Source of the DNA: Dicyema japonicum
Taxonomy: Eukaryota; Animalia; Dicyemida
Direction of reading: 5' to 3'
NCBI GenBank assembly: GCA_011109175.1
Contig: RDEW01000005.1
Location: 541,523 to 605,522, forward strand
DNA: 64,000 nucleotides
Position 1 is the stretch's first letter. Each line of letters starts with the position of its first letter. A model generated the notes under the pieces. That model saw only the letters and a program-made list of their open reading frames with translations. It was not told the origin of the DNA and did not search any database. Both the position numbers and the translations under genes were made by a program. Shown here one piece after another: positions 1 to 13,489 of this stretch.

Positions 1-869
1 CATTCGGTTGATTAATTTTATGATAATTGACACAAGACAGGCACGTGAGCTGTCCGTGTTCTGAGAAATGAAGTCTTGCGATGTTCAACGGAGCTTATCA
101 AATCCTCCACTGTTGCTTGGAATGAAAGGGAATTCCACTTTTAGTATGTTAACTATTTTTCCAGGATAGGCGTCTAGTCGAGTTGATGCATGTTCCCATT
201 TAGGTGTTCCCCAAAGAGAGTTTAGTAGAGGCTATTAATAACACTTTGAGGAAACTTATATTTCCAAATTCTAATTTTCAAATTTATCATTAAATAATCA
301 TTTAATATTTTAATTCCTTAATCCATTCTAATCGATACTGTTGAAAAAGTAAATCTGTGGCATAATGACCACGTGGTGTCATGTGGCTACTTGATTGAAG
401 ATTTCTCTTCACTGGTGGTTCATTGGATCTACCTTACTCAGGAGGCGCCGAATGGCTGGTCGGTATTCTAAAGGATTCATCTATTCATTCCACCGAGAGA
501 CAATTTTTTCCCTGGCGAAGAGTTCTGGAGTCGACCTCAGCTCCCCGTACAACACTCTCTCTATCACTGTGCTTGGATGAGGGTTCAGAATCAAGGAATT
601 AGTTAGTTTGGTTTAACCTTGATCTTTAATTTAATTATCAATTTAATTTTTATAGCAACTAATGGTCTTCACGTGGGTCACCTACTATGGAGAAGACTGT
701 TGTAACCAACAGACCCACCTTCTCTCCCTTGTCTAACAACTATTGCCTGATAGTGGCCACAAACGTTCGTCATTTTTAGTTACGTTCTTGTTAGCCAACG
801 GTTTCCTTCACTTGAAGGGACAGGAGTAAATAAATATTAATCCAAAGGATTTCTCTGGCAGTTGTCAGG

Positions 870-1150
870 GGTTAACAGCCACTCAATTACTTCAGATGAA
901 TTACTTTGACTGTTTTGTTACGTAATAAATTGAAACGAACAAGATTCGCTCAAACAACCACGGGGATCTCCTGTTCGTGCACTAATACAATTCCCTAGAC
1001 GACTCAAGAATTCCATCGTCTCAGGCGCAACCAGACGTCCCAACAGCGAGTGGAAGAACAAAAATCCTTGGGTAGGACCGCGTACTTTGTCCGTTTCAAC
1101 CTCTCGTCATTCTCAGCGGCCGAACAGGCTAGAGGCACTGAGGAGTAGGA
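870..1150 (-). mobile_element. CRE-like non-LTR retrotransposon, degenerate 3' end (RLE C-terminus)
   Basis: Minus strand reads, across frameshifts, AAENDERLKRTKYAVLPKDF..FPLAVGTSG, the A..AE..K..KY..L...F.P.AVETSG tail of CRE elements. It aligns by eye with 44170-44420. Confidence 0.7.
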
Positions 1151-1293
1151 GGCAAACGTAATAAATTATTCAAATATTCTAATGTTATACAAATTAATAA
1201 TTTAGATTTCTCTTCCAACAGCGAATTTTACCAAATCTCCTTTTCATTAGTTTTTATTTTATTAGTCTACTATTCACTAGTTCAAAAAACATA

Positions 1294-1505
1294 GGATTCA
1301 TTGAATCAAAGTGGGGATTTAACAAGGATTCACAAAGAATAGGGTCATTGGAATCAAAAGTGGGATTTAACAAGGATTCACAAGAATAGGGTCAGTGGAA
1401 TCAAAGGTGGGATCTTACAAGGTTCACAGGGGTTAGAGTCATTGGAATCAAAAGTGGGGATCTTACAAGGTTCACAGAGGTTAGGGTCAGTGGAATCAAA
1501 TGTGA
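1294..1505. repeat. Minisatellite, ~47-bp unit x ~4.5
   Basis: Unit gggtca(t/g)tggaatcaaaagtggga... recurs at about 1341, 1389, 1436 and 1484 with point differences only. Confidence 0.9.
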
Positions 1506-1732
1506 GGATATAAAAAGATTGCAGAAAAATGAGGACCACAGAGGTCGAAAACTCATTCAAGGACGTTGCCTGTCCTCGTGATAGTTTATTTTTTTTAAAA
1601 TCACAAAAAATAAAATAAAACTTTTTTTATAAAGTAAAATATAATTATAAATCATCAATTATCTTGTATAATGTAGAAGTCGACAAATTCCACTGGGATC
1701 GAAATTCAAACAGATCCTGTTCAACCTGGGGG

Positions 1733-2596
1733 TTAAAAAAACCCATTTTTCTCAAACTCATTAACATCAACATGGGGATGTCTCTCACAAATATGATTCC
1801 TGAAGACGTGACCCAACAAAGAATACCTGATCTCAGAATGATGGAATTTACATGCCTCACAAAAAGGACAGGGAAACCTCCTCTTCTTGAAATGATGCCG
1901 TCCATGCCGACACAACTTGGTCGGCGTGGAGAACCTCCGATCACAGGCTCTACAATAGAGGTTACTCACATCCAATATTTCAGAAAGAAGAACCAAGTCA
2001 TCCCTGTCCACGGAATCAATCCCATTTAAATTATGCTAGGAATTACATTCCTTGTGGTTACATAAGAGACTGAGAGATCGTGAGGCTTTAGAACATGCTG
2101 ACGTACTCCGCTGCACCAATGCACATGCTTTTTGAGAGAAGAAGACATTGAAAACTTCTTTGTGCAATTTTCGCACCTTAAAGATAGCCACGAGGTGCGA
2201 ACTTGTATTTTTCCTGATTTTCCGTTCTCCCCTTATGGACTCTTGCGTATTTTTCAGAGGATACTTCTGACCTGTCGACCACAATTTGTGAGACGGCCAC
2301 CTGACTGTAAGGGATTTCATTCTCTTGGATGACAATGTCGGAAGGCTGGAGGGGATTTATGATCTCAAATACTTTGCTGAAGCACTTATGGTCCATAAAA
2401 CTCATGACTGATCTATAGAACCCTCCGCATCTCTATCTTAGAAAAAACAGAGAACCTTGCATTCCAGGATCAAATTGCATTCTTTTACAAGGAACTGTTT
2501 CAGGTCATGACCGTTATAAGAGTTCAGGTCTTCTAACAGCTGTTCCAGGGAGAGGGACTCCTTTTTAGGAGTTCGAAAGGCGGATGACGGCAGCAT
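1733..2596 (-). CDS. ZNF800: ZNF800-like C2H2/C2HC zinc-finger protein, 4 exons, 262 aa
   Basis: Exons 2596-2456, 2432-2203, 2176-2062 and 2035-1733 join into one open frame after removing GT-AG introns 2455-2433 (23 nt), 2202-2177 (26 nt) and 2061-2036 (26 nt). Splicing restores fingers CKRCGGFYRSVMSFMDHKC and YKCENCTKKFSMSSSLKKHVHWC; exon 4 has CRACDRRFSTPTKLCRHGRHH. The N-terminal LKQFLVKECNLILECKRC..YRS..F..HK resembles the ZNF800 N-terminal motif as recalled. Confidence 0.8.
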
Positions 2597-3249
2597 TCCA
2601 GAAGCCTAATAAATTGAATGCTTAAAAAATGTCGAAATTAATTTATATTAAATATTTTATTAAATTAAATAAAATATTATTTTATAATAAAATTACCAAT
2701 TGGCTTAGTTTTTAAATGTCACATTGTTTTCTCAGTTAACAATCTGGTTTTCGTCCTGTCAGATTCATCTCGTCTCCTACAACTTAGTGAGACCATGGTT
2801 ACTTAACTAAGTAAGATGTCACATTGTAACAATAATACTGTCCTCGATCCCCTTCGTTGATTACCTGATTGAAGGTTCTTTTCGTTTTCTCTGTTCCCTA
2901 TCGTCTCTTGATCTTCTAGTGTGGCGTCATGTGATCTACCTTTAGATGACGCCAAGTTACATATTAGCATAAAAATGGTTGTTCATCCCCACTCCATTGG
3001 TAGTCTCCATAGCTGCAAAACTTGATATTTTCTTACGTATCCGTTGGTTCTCTATGACTTGTGGGACTTTGAAATGTGCCTTAATGATGCTCTTGTGTTT
3101 TTTATAATTGGTATTTCCTGTTGGAATCTTAATTTTATTAAATATATTTTTTTAAATTTAATCTATTAAATTCGATTATACGATTGATTAAGTAACTCAG
3201 TAAACCACATTTTCTACACGAATAAACAAAATTCAAATTTATTATTTCT

Positions 3250-3530
3250 AGTATATTTTCCATGACAGCCAGGATGCCACAGTGTCTTAAGTTTCACATT
3301 GCAAATCGCAAAAGAAAAATTATTATGTCAACCAGAATCCTCTCTTCCGAGGAACGTCTGAGTGAACTGGCTCGTCTACGATGCGGGCACCACACCTATC
3401 TACCAACGTACGATATCCTCTGTCCCTTTTGCAACCTCTGCGTGTTGACAACAAACAACTTAGTTGAATGAATTAGCACAATATTCGTCTACAATGCCGG
3501 GACTTAGTGAAGCTGGGGTTACTAAACTAA
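3250..3530 (+). mobile_element. I/Jockey-like LINE 3' end (RLRCGHH + Cys knuckle)
   Basis: ORF 3262-3471 has LARLRCGHH..CPFC and is followed by a ggggttactaa terminus like the other LINE ends. Confidence 0.6.
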
Positions 3531-3899
3531 CAAAGATTTATCATACTAGCTATCCCATAATTGTATTTCACTCTCCTGTGCTCGTAATCGGGTTCCTGCT
3601 GATAAGGAAGACTTTCACTCATTATGAGTATAGGTAGACTGGTCACCTTAACCCTCAGACCAATTAACCACTATCTGATGGTAGATTAAATGATAGCTAT
3701 AAAAGTAATTCTTTAAAAAGTAAATAAAAAATTTATTACGGAAAAGAGACAAAGTGGTCATATAGGGGTCGCCCTTACTGCGTGGCTATTCCCTCTAAAA
3801 TTGTGTATTAAATTATGCGGTTACGTAATTAAAATGATTGATGAGTAATCTCCTTCATCTTTTATTCCATGACCACCGTTGAGACGAAAAAAATAATTG

Positions 3900-5010
3900 A
3901 TCCCGACGAATTTGATAGTTCTCCCACTTGATTCTACACAGGCACGTTGGGGTCGTGTGGTTTTCTGATCCCGTTGTGTCAAGCCTCCTTCGTTATTTCT
4001 TAGGCCTGGTAATCTATTCCATGTTTCCCTTTTCATACTTTGAGACACAGAAACCCATTTCTCTTGTAGTTCAAGTTTGGATTCGGTGACTCAAATTAGG
4101 CACACGGTGGTTTTCAATATTGAATAAACCACCAAACAAATCCGATGACTCATCACTAGAATTCATGACGCCAAGATGTTCTACCAAAATCAAGAACGAT
4201 TCGAAGGCAGACTGGATTGGTTTCAACACTTTGTGGACAGTTTTTTATTGGGCTTCGCTGTTGAAGACTTTCCTATTGACAAGGCAGATATTAACCTCCT
4301 GAAATTCAACAGAATGTTTATCCCCTATGGTCTTAACCCGAAACTATCTCCGGGCATCCTGAAATTTATTACCTGGCCGACGTGGACATGTCCGAACTGG
4401 AAAAATTTGTACAAAATCATACTCGCAAATGGGCCCCACCAGTTTTCCCTCTGTCTACTCTCCTTTTCTACACGATTTACCAGGACACTGAAATTATCCT
4501 ACGCGGACAACCAGATTATCGCTGCAAATCCCCTTCCAGGGCTGTGACGGTGGTTCGGTCACACCTCAACCATGTGTGTGACTGGCTATCCGTGAATTTA
4601 CTGTCTGTGTCTGCATCCAAGTCTCAGTTCACCCTATTGAAAGCGGACAGGGGATTTAATGGTGGACTTGAAGTATTCCTTGAAACATTCCCATTACTTA
4701 TATGCGATTCCAGAAGATCCTTGGAGTGACATTGACTCTTATGACCAAATAGTCACTGAAGATTTGCACTTCCCTCTTTGAGAATCGAGCTTACAAAATC
4801 ATGAGGCATATGCAATCACACATCATATCCATCCCCACTATCCTTTCAGAGGCGGAGACGTTGAGAAATGTCCAGGACTTCTATGTAGGGAGTTAGGAAA
4901 CCCATTTAGAGAAAGGCGGCCATGCAGTGGAATTTAGATTGACAATAAAAAGTGTACTCAGATAAAATTCCTCTGCAGACATAAAAGAAGACACATCCTG
5001 AATGCAGTTG
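3900..5010 (+). mobile_element. Degenerate I/Jockey-like LINE reverse transcriptase fragment
   Basis: Frameshifted RT motifs: LSYADNQII (YADD-like) and HLNHVCDWLSVNLLSVSASKS (ORFs 4176-4547, 4382-4729). Confidence 0.65.
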
Positions 5011-5519
5011 GATCATTAGGTGGGAGTGAACCAAGGGATGTTATGAGATTCGAACTCGGAACCATCAGGATTTTGTAGGCACTTATGACAATTAGTAATT
5101 AAATAAAAAATTTCAAAGACAACGATAGAATCAAAATATGACACATCCCGGAAAAATAAAATATTTGTGATTAAGACAAAAAAATATTTTAAAAATTTGT
5201 TAATATTTTAATAATTTAGTTAAGCAAAAATAGGTTTGTTTGTCTATTGGTTTGTGGTTCGAATGATGGTAGCCATCTTTCGTATGAATTTTGATTCTAA
5301 CACTTAACTGACTTACCACAAATTATGTTTTAACTGTTGTCTACTAAAAAATTCAACGTTAAAAAATTTTCTCATTTTGGGTAAATTTAAAAAATTCAAT
5401 TGAGCTTATTTGGAAACAGAAACAAAGTAGTGAATTAATGCCAAAAGACTTAGAGTAATGGAAACCACCTCCCTTCGCAAGGACATCGAATTGTCTTTCA
5501 ATCAAATTTCTATTTTTGT

Positions 5520-5900
5520 TATACTTCATCCATAGTGGACCCGGCCGACATTATCGACGTTGCGTTGCCTCTCACGATTGCAACAAAGATCAACTGAAGA
5601 AGCCACCGAATCTCACGTGCGTCGTGGAATTTTAGTGTAGCTAGGCGTCCAAGTTTCTTTAGGAAGCGATTTTCCACTTATTCCTCCAATTGTCTCGACC
5701 ACAATCGGATAGAACGCGAATTGATCGCTCAGCACTTTGCATTTCTTATCCTTTGCCCTCATCGATTTTTACGCGGCATACAGTGCGTCTACGGCGCTCC
5801 CGACAATATTGGACAAGCAAAGTGGGTCGACACAAGTAACGTCCTAGACCAAAGATTTCCCATTTATCCATTCTCACAACTTCTTCAGAGGTTTCGAAGG
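5520..5900 (-). mobile_element. CRE-like element 3' end
   Basis: Minus strand reads DVTCVDPLC..FYPIVVETIGG..LKKLGRLA..VAIVRGNATSIMSAG. Its last ~60 bp recur at 9270-9330. Confidence 0.8.
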
Positions 5901-5977
5901 CGATCAGGACGAAGCAAAAATAATTTAAAGATATTTTAATTGTGAAATGTTTAAAAGAATATTGATAGCTTTTTTCA

Positions 5978-6050
5978 TTTAGAAATTGCTCAAGGGTAGA
6001 GTGGAAGCCTGTAGTTCTCTAGGTCCCCTGTTCAAATCCGGTTCTTGGGA
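5978..6050 (+). tRNA. tRNA-Tyr(GTA)-like, probably a pseudogene
   Basis: 73 nt with D arm gctc-aagggta-gagt, loop CTGTAGT and T loop TTCAAAT. The acceptor, anticodon and T stems each have mismatches. Confidence 0.55.
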
Positions 6051-6299
6051 TTTTTTTATAGTTTCATTTTATCGGTTACTCAGATTTTTTAATTTTTGAG
6101 AATAAAATAATGAAAAATGTAAGTTTTGTTAAATTATGAGTAATAATTTAACTTTAACTGACTTTTTAAGTTTTACACGATTCATATTCTAGTTAATGCA
6201 TGTTACAATCTCCCATCCATAAAGCCGTTTATGCAGAAGAATCACGTAGACATTCAATTGTAACAAATTATTATTTTACTATCTTAAAAGGTTAATTCT

Positions 6300-9220
6300 A
6301 ACTAAAATGTTCTCTATCCAATTCTTTTCCTCTTAGAGCAAGTAAACCCAATTGTCACAGTCCTTTTCCTCAATATATATTTCATCACTTCGCTCGAACT
6401 CTTCTCTTGAATTTCTTTATAATCAGAAAGAGAGTAAATATCCTTTTTCCCTTCACTAAGTTTATCATAACGCCGCGAAACGTCGACTTGGTTCCTATAT
6501 GATACAGTCATACTCTCCAAAGTCTTCATGATTACCAGCAATTGAACATACGTTCTTTCACTTATATAGATCTGGCATACTTCCACGAATGTGAAGTCAC
6601 AAAGCAATCCCAAGTGAGCACAATCGGGACAATCTTGACCTCTGCGTGGTGTATCAACTCCAGCTCTTTGGAAAGAAGGTCATATTTCCTCAGCTTTTCG
6701 CATTACACCTGCTGTAGATTTTGGGAAGATGTTATTCCCACTTCGACCAAGGTAATTTTGTTTCTCCTTTTATCAAAATCGAACAGGTCTGACTTATGCT
6801 CAATAATTATGTCCGTTTTGATAAAGTTGTCAACTCTGACTTCAACCGAGTCATTCATTATAATGGATTGCACTGAATGAGTTTTCAGTTTCTTCTCTTT
6901 TTTTGAGATTAAACTCTCTGCAAAAGTGGAAATGTAGACACCTCACGACTTCGTTATGTCTTCTTACATAATCCCCATGCAACATCTTTTCACACCTTGT
7001 GGCACAATGATCCACGGTCTTCTTCCATTTTTTACAATGGGTGACATTGCATTTTGTTCTCCAAAGAACAGATTCCTATCTTGAATAAGGCAGAATAAGG
7101 CTTCCGACCTTGGGGAGTTATTCCCTTTTAGAAGCCAATGAGAGGAATGCTCTATATTCACATAATCCTCCAACAAATTCTTATAAATAACGGAATGAAG
7201 ACTCTTCAATCCTATTTGATTCATTAAACCTTCTTTTTGCATGTTTGATATCAATTTAGTATCCAACTCAGAAGTGTCGCAAACAGAATACTTGTGCCTT
7301 AGAAATTCTTCAATTAATGCCAAATGTGTTTTCTCTGAAATTTCGGCTTGAAGAATTGCGGCACTTCTACTGCAAACAGTACTTCTGAGTTTCAAATACA
7401 AAAACCCATATAACATCACTTAAAAGAGAGATTGAGCGTAGCCCTCTCCCAAGGTAATTCCTCGTTAAATAAAGCCTCTGTTTGCATGCAGGTTTGAGAT
7501 GGACTCGATGTTTAATCAATATGGTGCGGATAGCTGAGTCAATCGAATCGTATTTACAGGGTTCCACATTAATAGTCCAATGGATACTTATATGTCAATA
7601 AACGGATAAGTGGGTCAAGCACTAAGACAAACATGGGGGATAGACTATCCCCCTGCAAATTCCCCTTTCAATCTGAATATCACGAATATTTTCATTATTC
7701 AACATTAGTTTCACTCTCCAATGCATAATCTCACAACTTTAATTCCGGATTTTTCAAGGACTTGCATTAAAAAGTTGTGGTCAACCGAGTCAAATGCTTT
7801 TTTGACGTCAATCCATGCATCATATAATCCACTTCCATATACTTTATTAATGATTTATTGACTAGTGCCTGTTCTTTAGCACCCTGACATCTCTTCCTTG
7901 TTCCCATCTGGTTTTCAGAAAGAAGGCCAAACGCTTCCACATAATCCGCTAGCTTGGCATTGATACACTTTGTCATAAGTTTATAGTGACGACATGCATG
8001 TAATAGGGCTTAAGTCCTTTGGAGACTTTGCCGCTTCGCATTTTGGAATCAAGTACGTAATTCCAGAAAAAACCAGTTTCCAGGGACGTACTCCCCGTTT
8101 ACAATTCAATGCATTTCGGTATAAATTCATGCAGCGAGGTAAATTTCTTAAGGAAGAAATTGTAGATCCCATCACAACCTGGGGCCTTCCAATTCGGCAA
8201 ATATTGAATCAAATACATTTTTTCGAGAATTCAACAGACACATTTTCAACACCAGTCATTTTTTTTCCGATATTAAAACTTTCCGAATTTAGATTCCTCC
8301 TTTTCCAAATTCTTCCCAAAAATCTGCGCATTTTTCCTTATCACTTGAGATATTAATATTATTTGTCGTGAATTCAAGTTCCTGTAGAAGGATTTTCTAT
8401 TCAATTCAAATATTTGGTTGTCCATACGAAATTTCCTTTTCGATTCAAATGTCGATATTTTTTTCTCCATGACTTTAATCCTATCTTGGATAAGAGACGT
8501 AATTCTGGTCCTTTCTTGGGATTGTTTTTTCCTGTAACCAACTATCGACAAATCATGGCACCCCATAGACTTCTCGTCAGCAGAAAAAGTCTTCGTAAAA
8601 AACTTTTCAATAAAAACAGAATGTGATCTCCATTGTTCAATTTTCTTAGTCATATCCTCCATCCATTTTGAGGCTCAATTTTTTTGTAGAGTTTGATAGG
8701 CAGTTTGCCCAGCATCAATAATAGAAGAAATTTAATCAATTGACGTTGGGTGATTGACTTTAATCCAAGCATAACACGGTTCAGGCATTCGACAACATCC
8801 ACTTTTACATAAGGAATTTTCTTCGTACGGGGTTTTGAAGAATGGTCAATTGATTGATTAGTCCGTAACTCCTCAATAAAAGTGCGTTCACAACGAGCAT
8901 ACAACTTAGCCTCAATAAATGTCATAGGGGCTTAGAATCTGAGGTCCCCTTCGAATTATGTCCATTGCTTAATAATTGTTGACGCATTTTGGGCGTATAT
9001 CAGTCTTTCGAACTCAGGCATTGTTATTTCCTCCCCAAACTTAGACTTGAACCCTTCCAAGAGAGTAGCCCACCCACCTCTGGGGACACGACCGAGTCTA
9101 GAGCGCGTGCTTTCAATAACCTAGGTAGCCCATTGTTCTCGACAATCAGCTGTTGAGGAAGACATTATTGCTCGTAAAACCGGAAATTTCGTGTTGTTTT
9201 GGTGAGGACGAATCCTAGAA
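6300..9220 (-). mobile_element. R4/Dong-like (RLE-type) non-LTR retrotransposon, near full length, degenerate
   Basis: ORF pieces 8925-6314 include GITYLIPK..PITCM, NQMGTRKRCQGAKEQAL, CKQRLYLTR..GRGL and the RLE motif ITLVEVGITS..EK..KYDLL. Homologous to 34783-37179. Confidence 0.9.
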
Positions 9221-9339
9221 GACATTCAATTTATTAAATCAATAATGTAATTAAATTAGCACTGCCAACCATCCAAAGTGGACCCCGCCGACATTATCGA
9301 CGTTGCGTTTCCTCTCACGATTGCAACAGAAATAAAATA

Positions 9340-10350
9340 GTTATTATTTTTCTTAGAATTCTTGTTGCATATTTTAGAACTTTATAGATCAGGCATGTCA
9401 ACTATAATCATTTTTTCCGCATTTTTCAGACGTTTAAGAGCCACGTCAACCAAAAAGTGCTTTTTTATAATGATTAATTTCTCACAAATTTTCATTGTCT
9501 TAACGGCTTACATCAGAGAGAATAGTAATAGATTTTTGCTCACGCTTGTGTTTTGTTATGAAGGTTGTCTATTTTACTCTGCTACAAAAACAAGAAATAG
9601 TAACCTATCTAAGTTATCAAATTTTGCCATCAAATTTGCTGAAGGAGAAACGAAATTTCATAAGAACGACGTCATTATTCAGACTAAAAAACTCATTGCC
9701 GGCTCAACTATTTTTTTCAAAACAAGTGGAATTTTATTGCGCAACACCTATCAGAGCATATACAGTGAGAGAAAAGTACTAGTTATCTATTCTAATATCA
9801 GTTATATTTTTAATTTAGTTGATCTACGACACTATTCAAATTTCAATAAAAATTTTTGCTGGCTTTTGGTTGGATTCCTTTTCCAAATTTTGCTGGACCT
9901 CTAAAGAGTAAATCGGCTACGGAGGTGTCAAGTGCAATAAAGAGCACAATTTTTATGTTTAGAATACCAACCATTTTGGACACGGACAATGGCAAGGAAT
10001 TTTTAAATGAAAAAATGTTCGAGTTATGCTCAACATATGGTATAAAACAAGTCAGGGGACGTCCTTGGGTGCAGAGACAAGTCGAGCGTCTGAATCAGAC
10101 ATTGAAATTTATGATTTCTTCAACCTGCTTTTCAAAGAATTTGAATTTCAAATGGATAGACATCATTGAAGAAATTACAAGTTCCTATAATTTTGTCCAG
10201 CATTTGGTGATCGAGTTGTTAGAAGGGTCTATTTTGATAATAATAAAAAACACGAAAAAGTGGCTAAAACGAACACATTGATACATTCATATATCATGTT
10301 AAAGAAGTATCTACCACAGGAATGATTGATCTAGAAGATGGTAGTGTGAT
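9340..10350 (+). mobile_element. Integrase-type (rve/DDE; Ginger/KRBA2-like) transposon relic
   Basis: ORF 9856-10281 has ILDTDNGKEFLN..YGIKQVRGRP..QVERLNQTLK, an integrase core. No gag, RT or LTR is seen nearby. Confidence 0.75.
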
Positions 10351-10732
10351 TCAGAAAAATAGCAGAGACTTAGCGAAACTAGAATAATTTTACAATATAA
10401 ATTTCTTAATTTTTTCTAATAAAAACAGTTATTATTATTTTAGGGTAAATCTGATCATCAATAACGTTGAGATCATTTATAATATCATTAGAGTTATACC
10501 TTCACGAAGTTTCTATGGGAAGATAGCGTCCCGAAAATCATCAGGAAAAGTCAATTAGTAACGTTCTTCTGTTTAATCGAAATTTTAATTAAATGTATAT
10601 TATCAAAAATATGTAAATTATATTTTGTTAATGTTGTGGATAATTTTACTAGTTTAAAGCAAACTTTGTTCAGATATAAAACTTCATTTTTTCAAAAATT
10701 TAAGGTTCAATCATTAATACGGAACGATTGAA

Positions 10733-12340
10733 CTTACGTGGTCGGCTGAGAACGGGTGGTTACGGCCAAGTATAATAGGAAGGGATCAGCTCCAAAAAAT
10801 TTAGGGTGTAGATCCGTGGAGTTTGATCCCTGATGACAAAAAGAAGGTGTCTGCCGATATATTTAAACACTCCGACGAGGAACTACCTATTGCTGATAGC
10901 ACTGTCAGCATCTTTGAAGTGATGACAGCTATCAGGGAATGCAAGGTCAATGCTCCAGGATATGACCACATATCAATGAACCTTATCAAAGAGGGTCCGG
11001 ATATTTTGTTTGACTATCTGCGATGTCTTTATGATGGGTGTTTACGACTTGGCCACTTGACTTTAATATGGAAGAAAGCTGTTGTGAGGATGATTCCAAA
11101 ACCAGGGAAGCCAAAGAGAGATCCGGCAAGCTACAGACCAATTAGCTTAATATGTTCTTTCGCGAAAGTGATTGAACGTATCATTTTCAAAAGGCTAAGC
11201 AGACATATAGAAGAAAACGACTTTCTGATTTCGGAGCAGTGGGGTTTTTGTCCCGGAAGTGGCTGTGCAGACTGTTTCTTTCTACTGAATTCTGAAATCA
11301 TAAAAGCAAAGGATTCCAAGAGACAAATAAACTTATTATGTCTCTAAAAGCATTCGACAGTGTATGAAGCGTTGTTAAAGCAGCTTGTATCAGCATGTGT
11401 TCCGAGATACCTATTTGTTTGGCTAAGAAATTATCTTCAGGAAAGACAATCTTTTGTGAAGGTGTGTGGATATATATCTGATGCAATATCATTCAAAAGA
11501 GGAGTACCTCAAGGTTCAGTATTGAGCCCTATTTTGTTTAATATATTTATGGAGAGTTTTCCACGTTCGAGGAATATTAATACTAGTCTTCTTATGCGGA
11601 TGACGAAATCGTGGTGAACACATCTCTAAAATCTTCTATATCTGAAGGAAGAATCCGGGAGTATGTTGACCAGATTGAGCATTGGTGCAATTTGAGAGAG
11701 CTAAATCTCTCTGCTGAAAAATCTTGCGCACTCTGAATAAGCAATGTGAAAAAGAATCTGAAACAAGAATACACACTGGGAGTAAACAATGCACTCAGTC
11801 TGCGCTACATGGGGGTCGACTAAGGACACGCAGGAGATTACATGGACGAATTAAAGGGGAGAAAAAAGAGAACTTTTCAGTCGCTCCTATGTACATGGAA
11901 GTTACACGTTAGCCGCGACACTTACCTGTTTATCTTCAAAGGAGTTATTTTTCCTAGTCTACTTTATGGGTGCGTGGGGTGGTTCTTCTTTCCGAAGAGG
12001 GAAAAGATCTTATCTCTCCTAGAGAAGACTAGAAGAGCTGCAATTAAGCTCTCCTTAAACAAGAAACTGTGAACGAGGACGAAAACAAGCTCTTAAAGCC
12101 GATTAGCAGGATTGTGGAAGATCGGATCAATGGTTTCAGGAGGAGATCAAAGGTCCAGGACACATATATAAAGGTGGGGGAATAAAGATTAAAAAGCTGG
12201 GAGAAACGTTCCGAAAAAGATTAATAATAAAAAAAAGAGGAAGGGTCCAGGTGTGGAGTCCAAGCCTTATGGTAGGACTCAGATGTAATACCCTCCAGAA
12301 ATCTCCTTAACTCTTTTGTCAATAAATCCTTGTTGTTGTT
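10733..12340 (+). mobile_element. 5'-truncated I/Jockey-like LINE with 12-bp TSD and (TGT)n tail
   Basis: RT motifs PKPGKPKRDPASYRPISL and GVPQGSVLSPILF. ggaacgattgaa flanks it at 10721-10732 and 12341-12352, and tgttgttgtt precedes the right copy. Confidence 0.9.
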
Positions 12341-12352
12341 GGAACGATTGAA

Positions 12353-13320
12353 AAAAACGTGGTTGTTGTGTTGGTGGCACCTACTATTCTGAAGAAGAAA
12401 TACCTCTAGTTTTTAAGACACAGCTTAAAAAGATATTTGATGTGGACGATGATGTCATTTCGGAGAAGACTTGTTACGAACTATTGTCAGAGAAAACAGC
12501 ATTTATAGAGATCTCTCTAGAAGAGCAGAAGATAACAATGAGAGCTGTCAAGAATCAAAGCTAGGATGTTCAAAGAAGCCCCAGAAATTTTATTCAAAGT
12601 TCTCAAAGATATGTTCAACGCATGCATAAAAATTGGTCATGTTCCACTGGAATGGAAGAAAACCATTGTACGGATGGTAGCGAAGACAGGAAGACCGAAA
12701 AATGATCCTGATAGCAACCGTCCGATTCGGTCAATCTCAAAAATCATGAAAAAATTGTCTTCCGGAGGCTTACAAATCAGCTGGAAAAAGAAGATTACTT
12801 CAGAAATGATTAATTTGGTTTTCGCCCAGGACGGTCATGCGATGATTGCTTATTTCATCTCAACTCGAGTTATGCAAAGCCAGAGAATCCAGATGTCTCC
12901 TGAATGTCATGTCTCGACATATCAAAAGCAGTGTTAACCACAGATCCATAATCGATCAGTTATCTCGGACGGAGAGTCCAAAGGAACTAGTGAATTGGGT
13001 GAAAGTATACCTAAAAGGAAGAAAATCCCATGTTAGATGCGAACGCTATTTTTCGAATATGATATTATGATATTATCAGGATTGCCCTACACAAAAGGCT
13101 CGACGAGAAGCTAGATGAAGATGAAAATTTGCTAGTAATGTCGATAAGAGATGCAGTAGAAAAAGGATGGAAAATTACCTGAAAAGAGATGCCATCATTG
13201 ATTCGTATGTTGCAGCACAGAATAAACGATAAGAGGGGTCTGAGAGCGCAGAGAAGAGTCCAAGCGTTTGCAGGACTTGCGGCATGAGGTCAACTAACTC
13301 CCTGTTTAATTATTCCTTCC
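12353..13320 (+). mobile_element. Degenerate LINE RT fragment, same clade as 10733-12340
   Basis: ORF 12566-12937 has EWKKTIVRMVAKTGRPKNDPDSNRPI. 13083-13190 matches 48853-48965 at DNA level. Confidence 0.75.
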
Positions 13321-13489
13321 TAATAAAGTTGTTAAAGTTAAAAGGGAAGATTGCCATTTTGTTTGATTGGTTTTTTAAATCAATACATTGAATATCGATT
13401 TTTGAACGGCTCGTATTCAACCGTATCTCATTCTGAACCGGTCACAATAAATTAAATTTAATAAATTTTATACGAATATTTTTAAATCG

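Noticed and set aside
1645-2029. ORFs 1664-2029 (+) and 1645-1944 (-) as separate genes, or a frameshift extending the zinc-finger gene to 1645
   Set aside because: These are shadow frames of the ZNF800-like last exon, which closes cleanly at 1733 without a frameshift.
9340-10350. LTR retrotransposon or Polinton as the source of the integrase
   Set aside because: No LTRs, gag, protease, RT, polB or capsid-like ORFs are adjacent.
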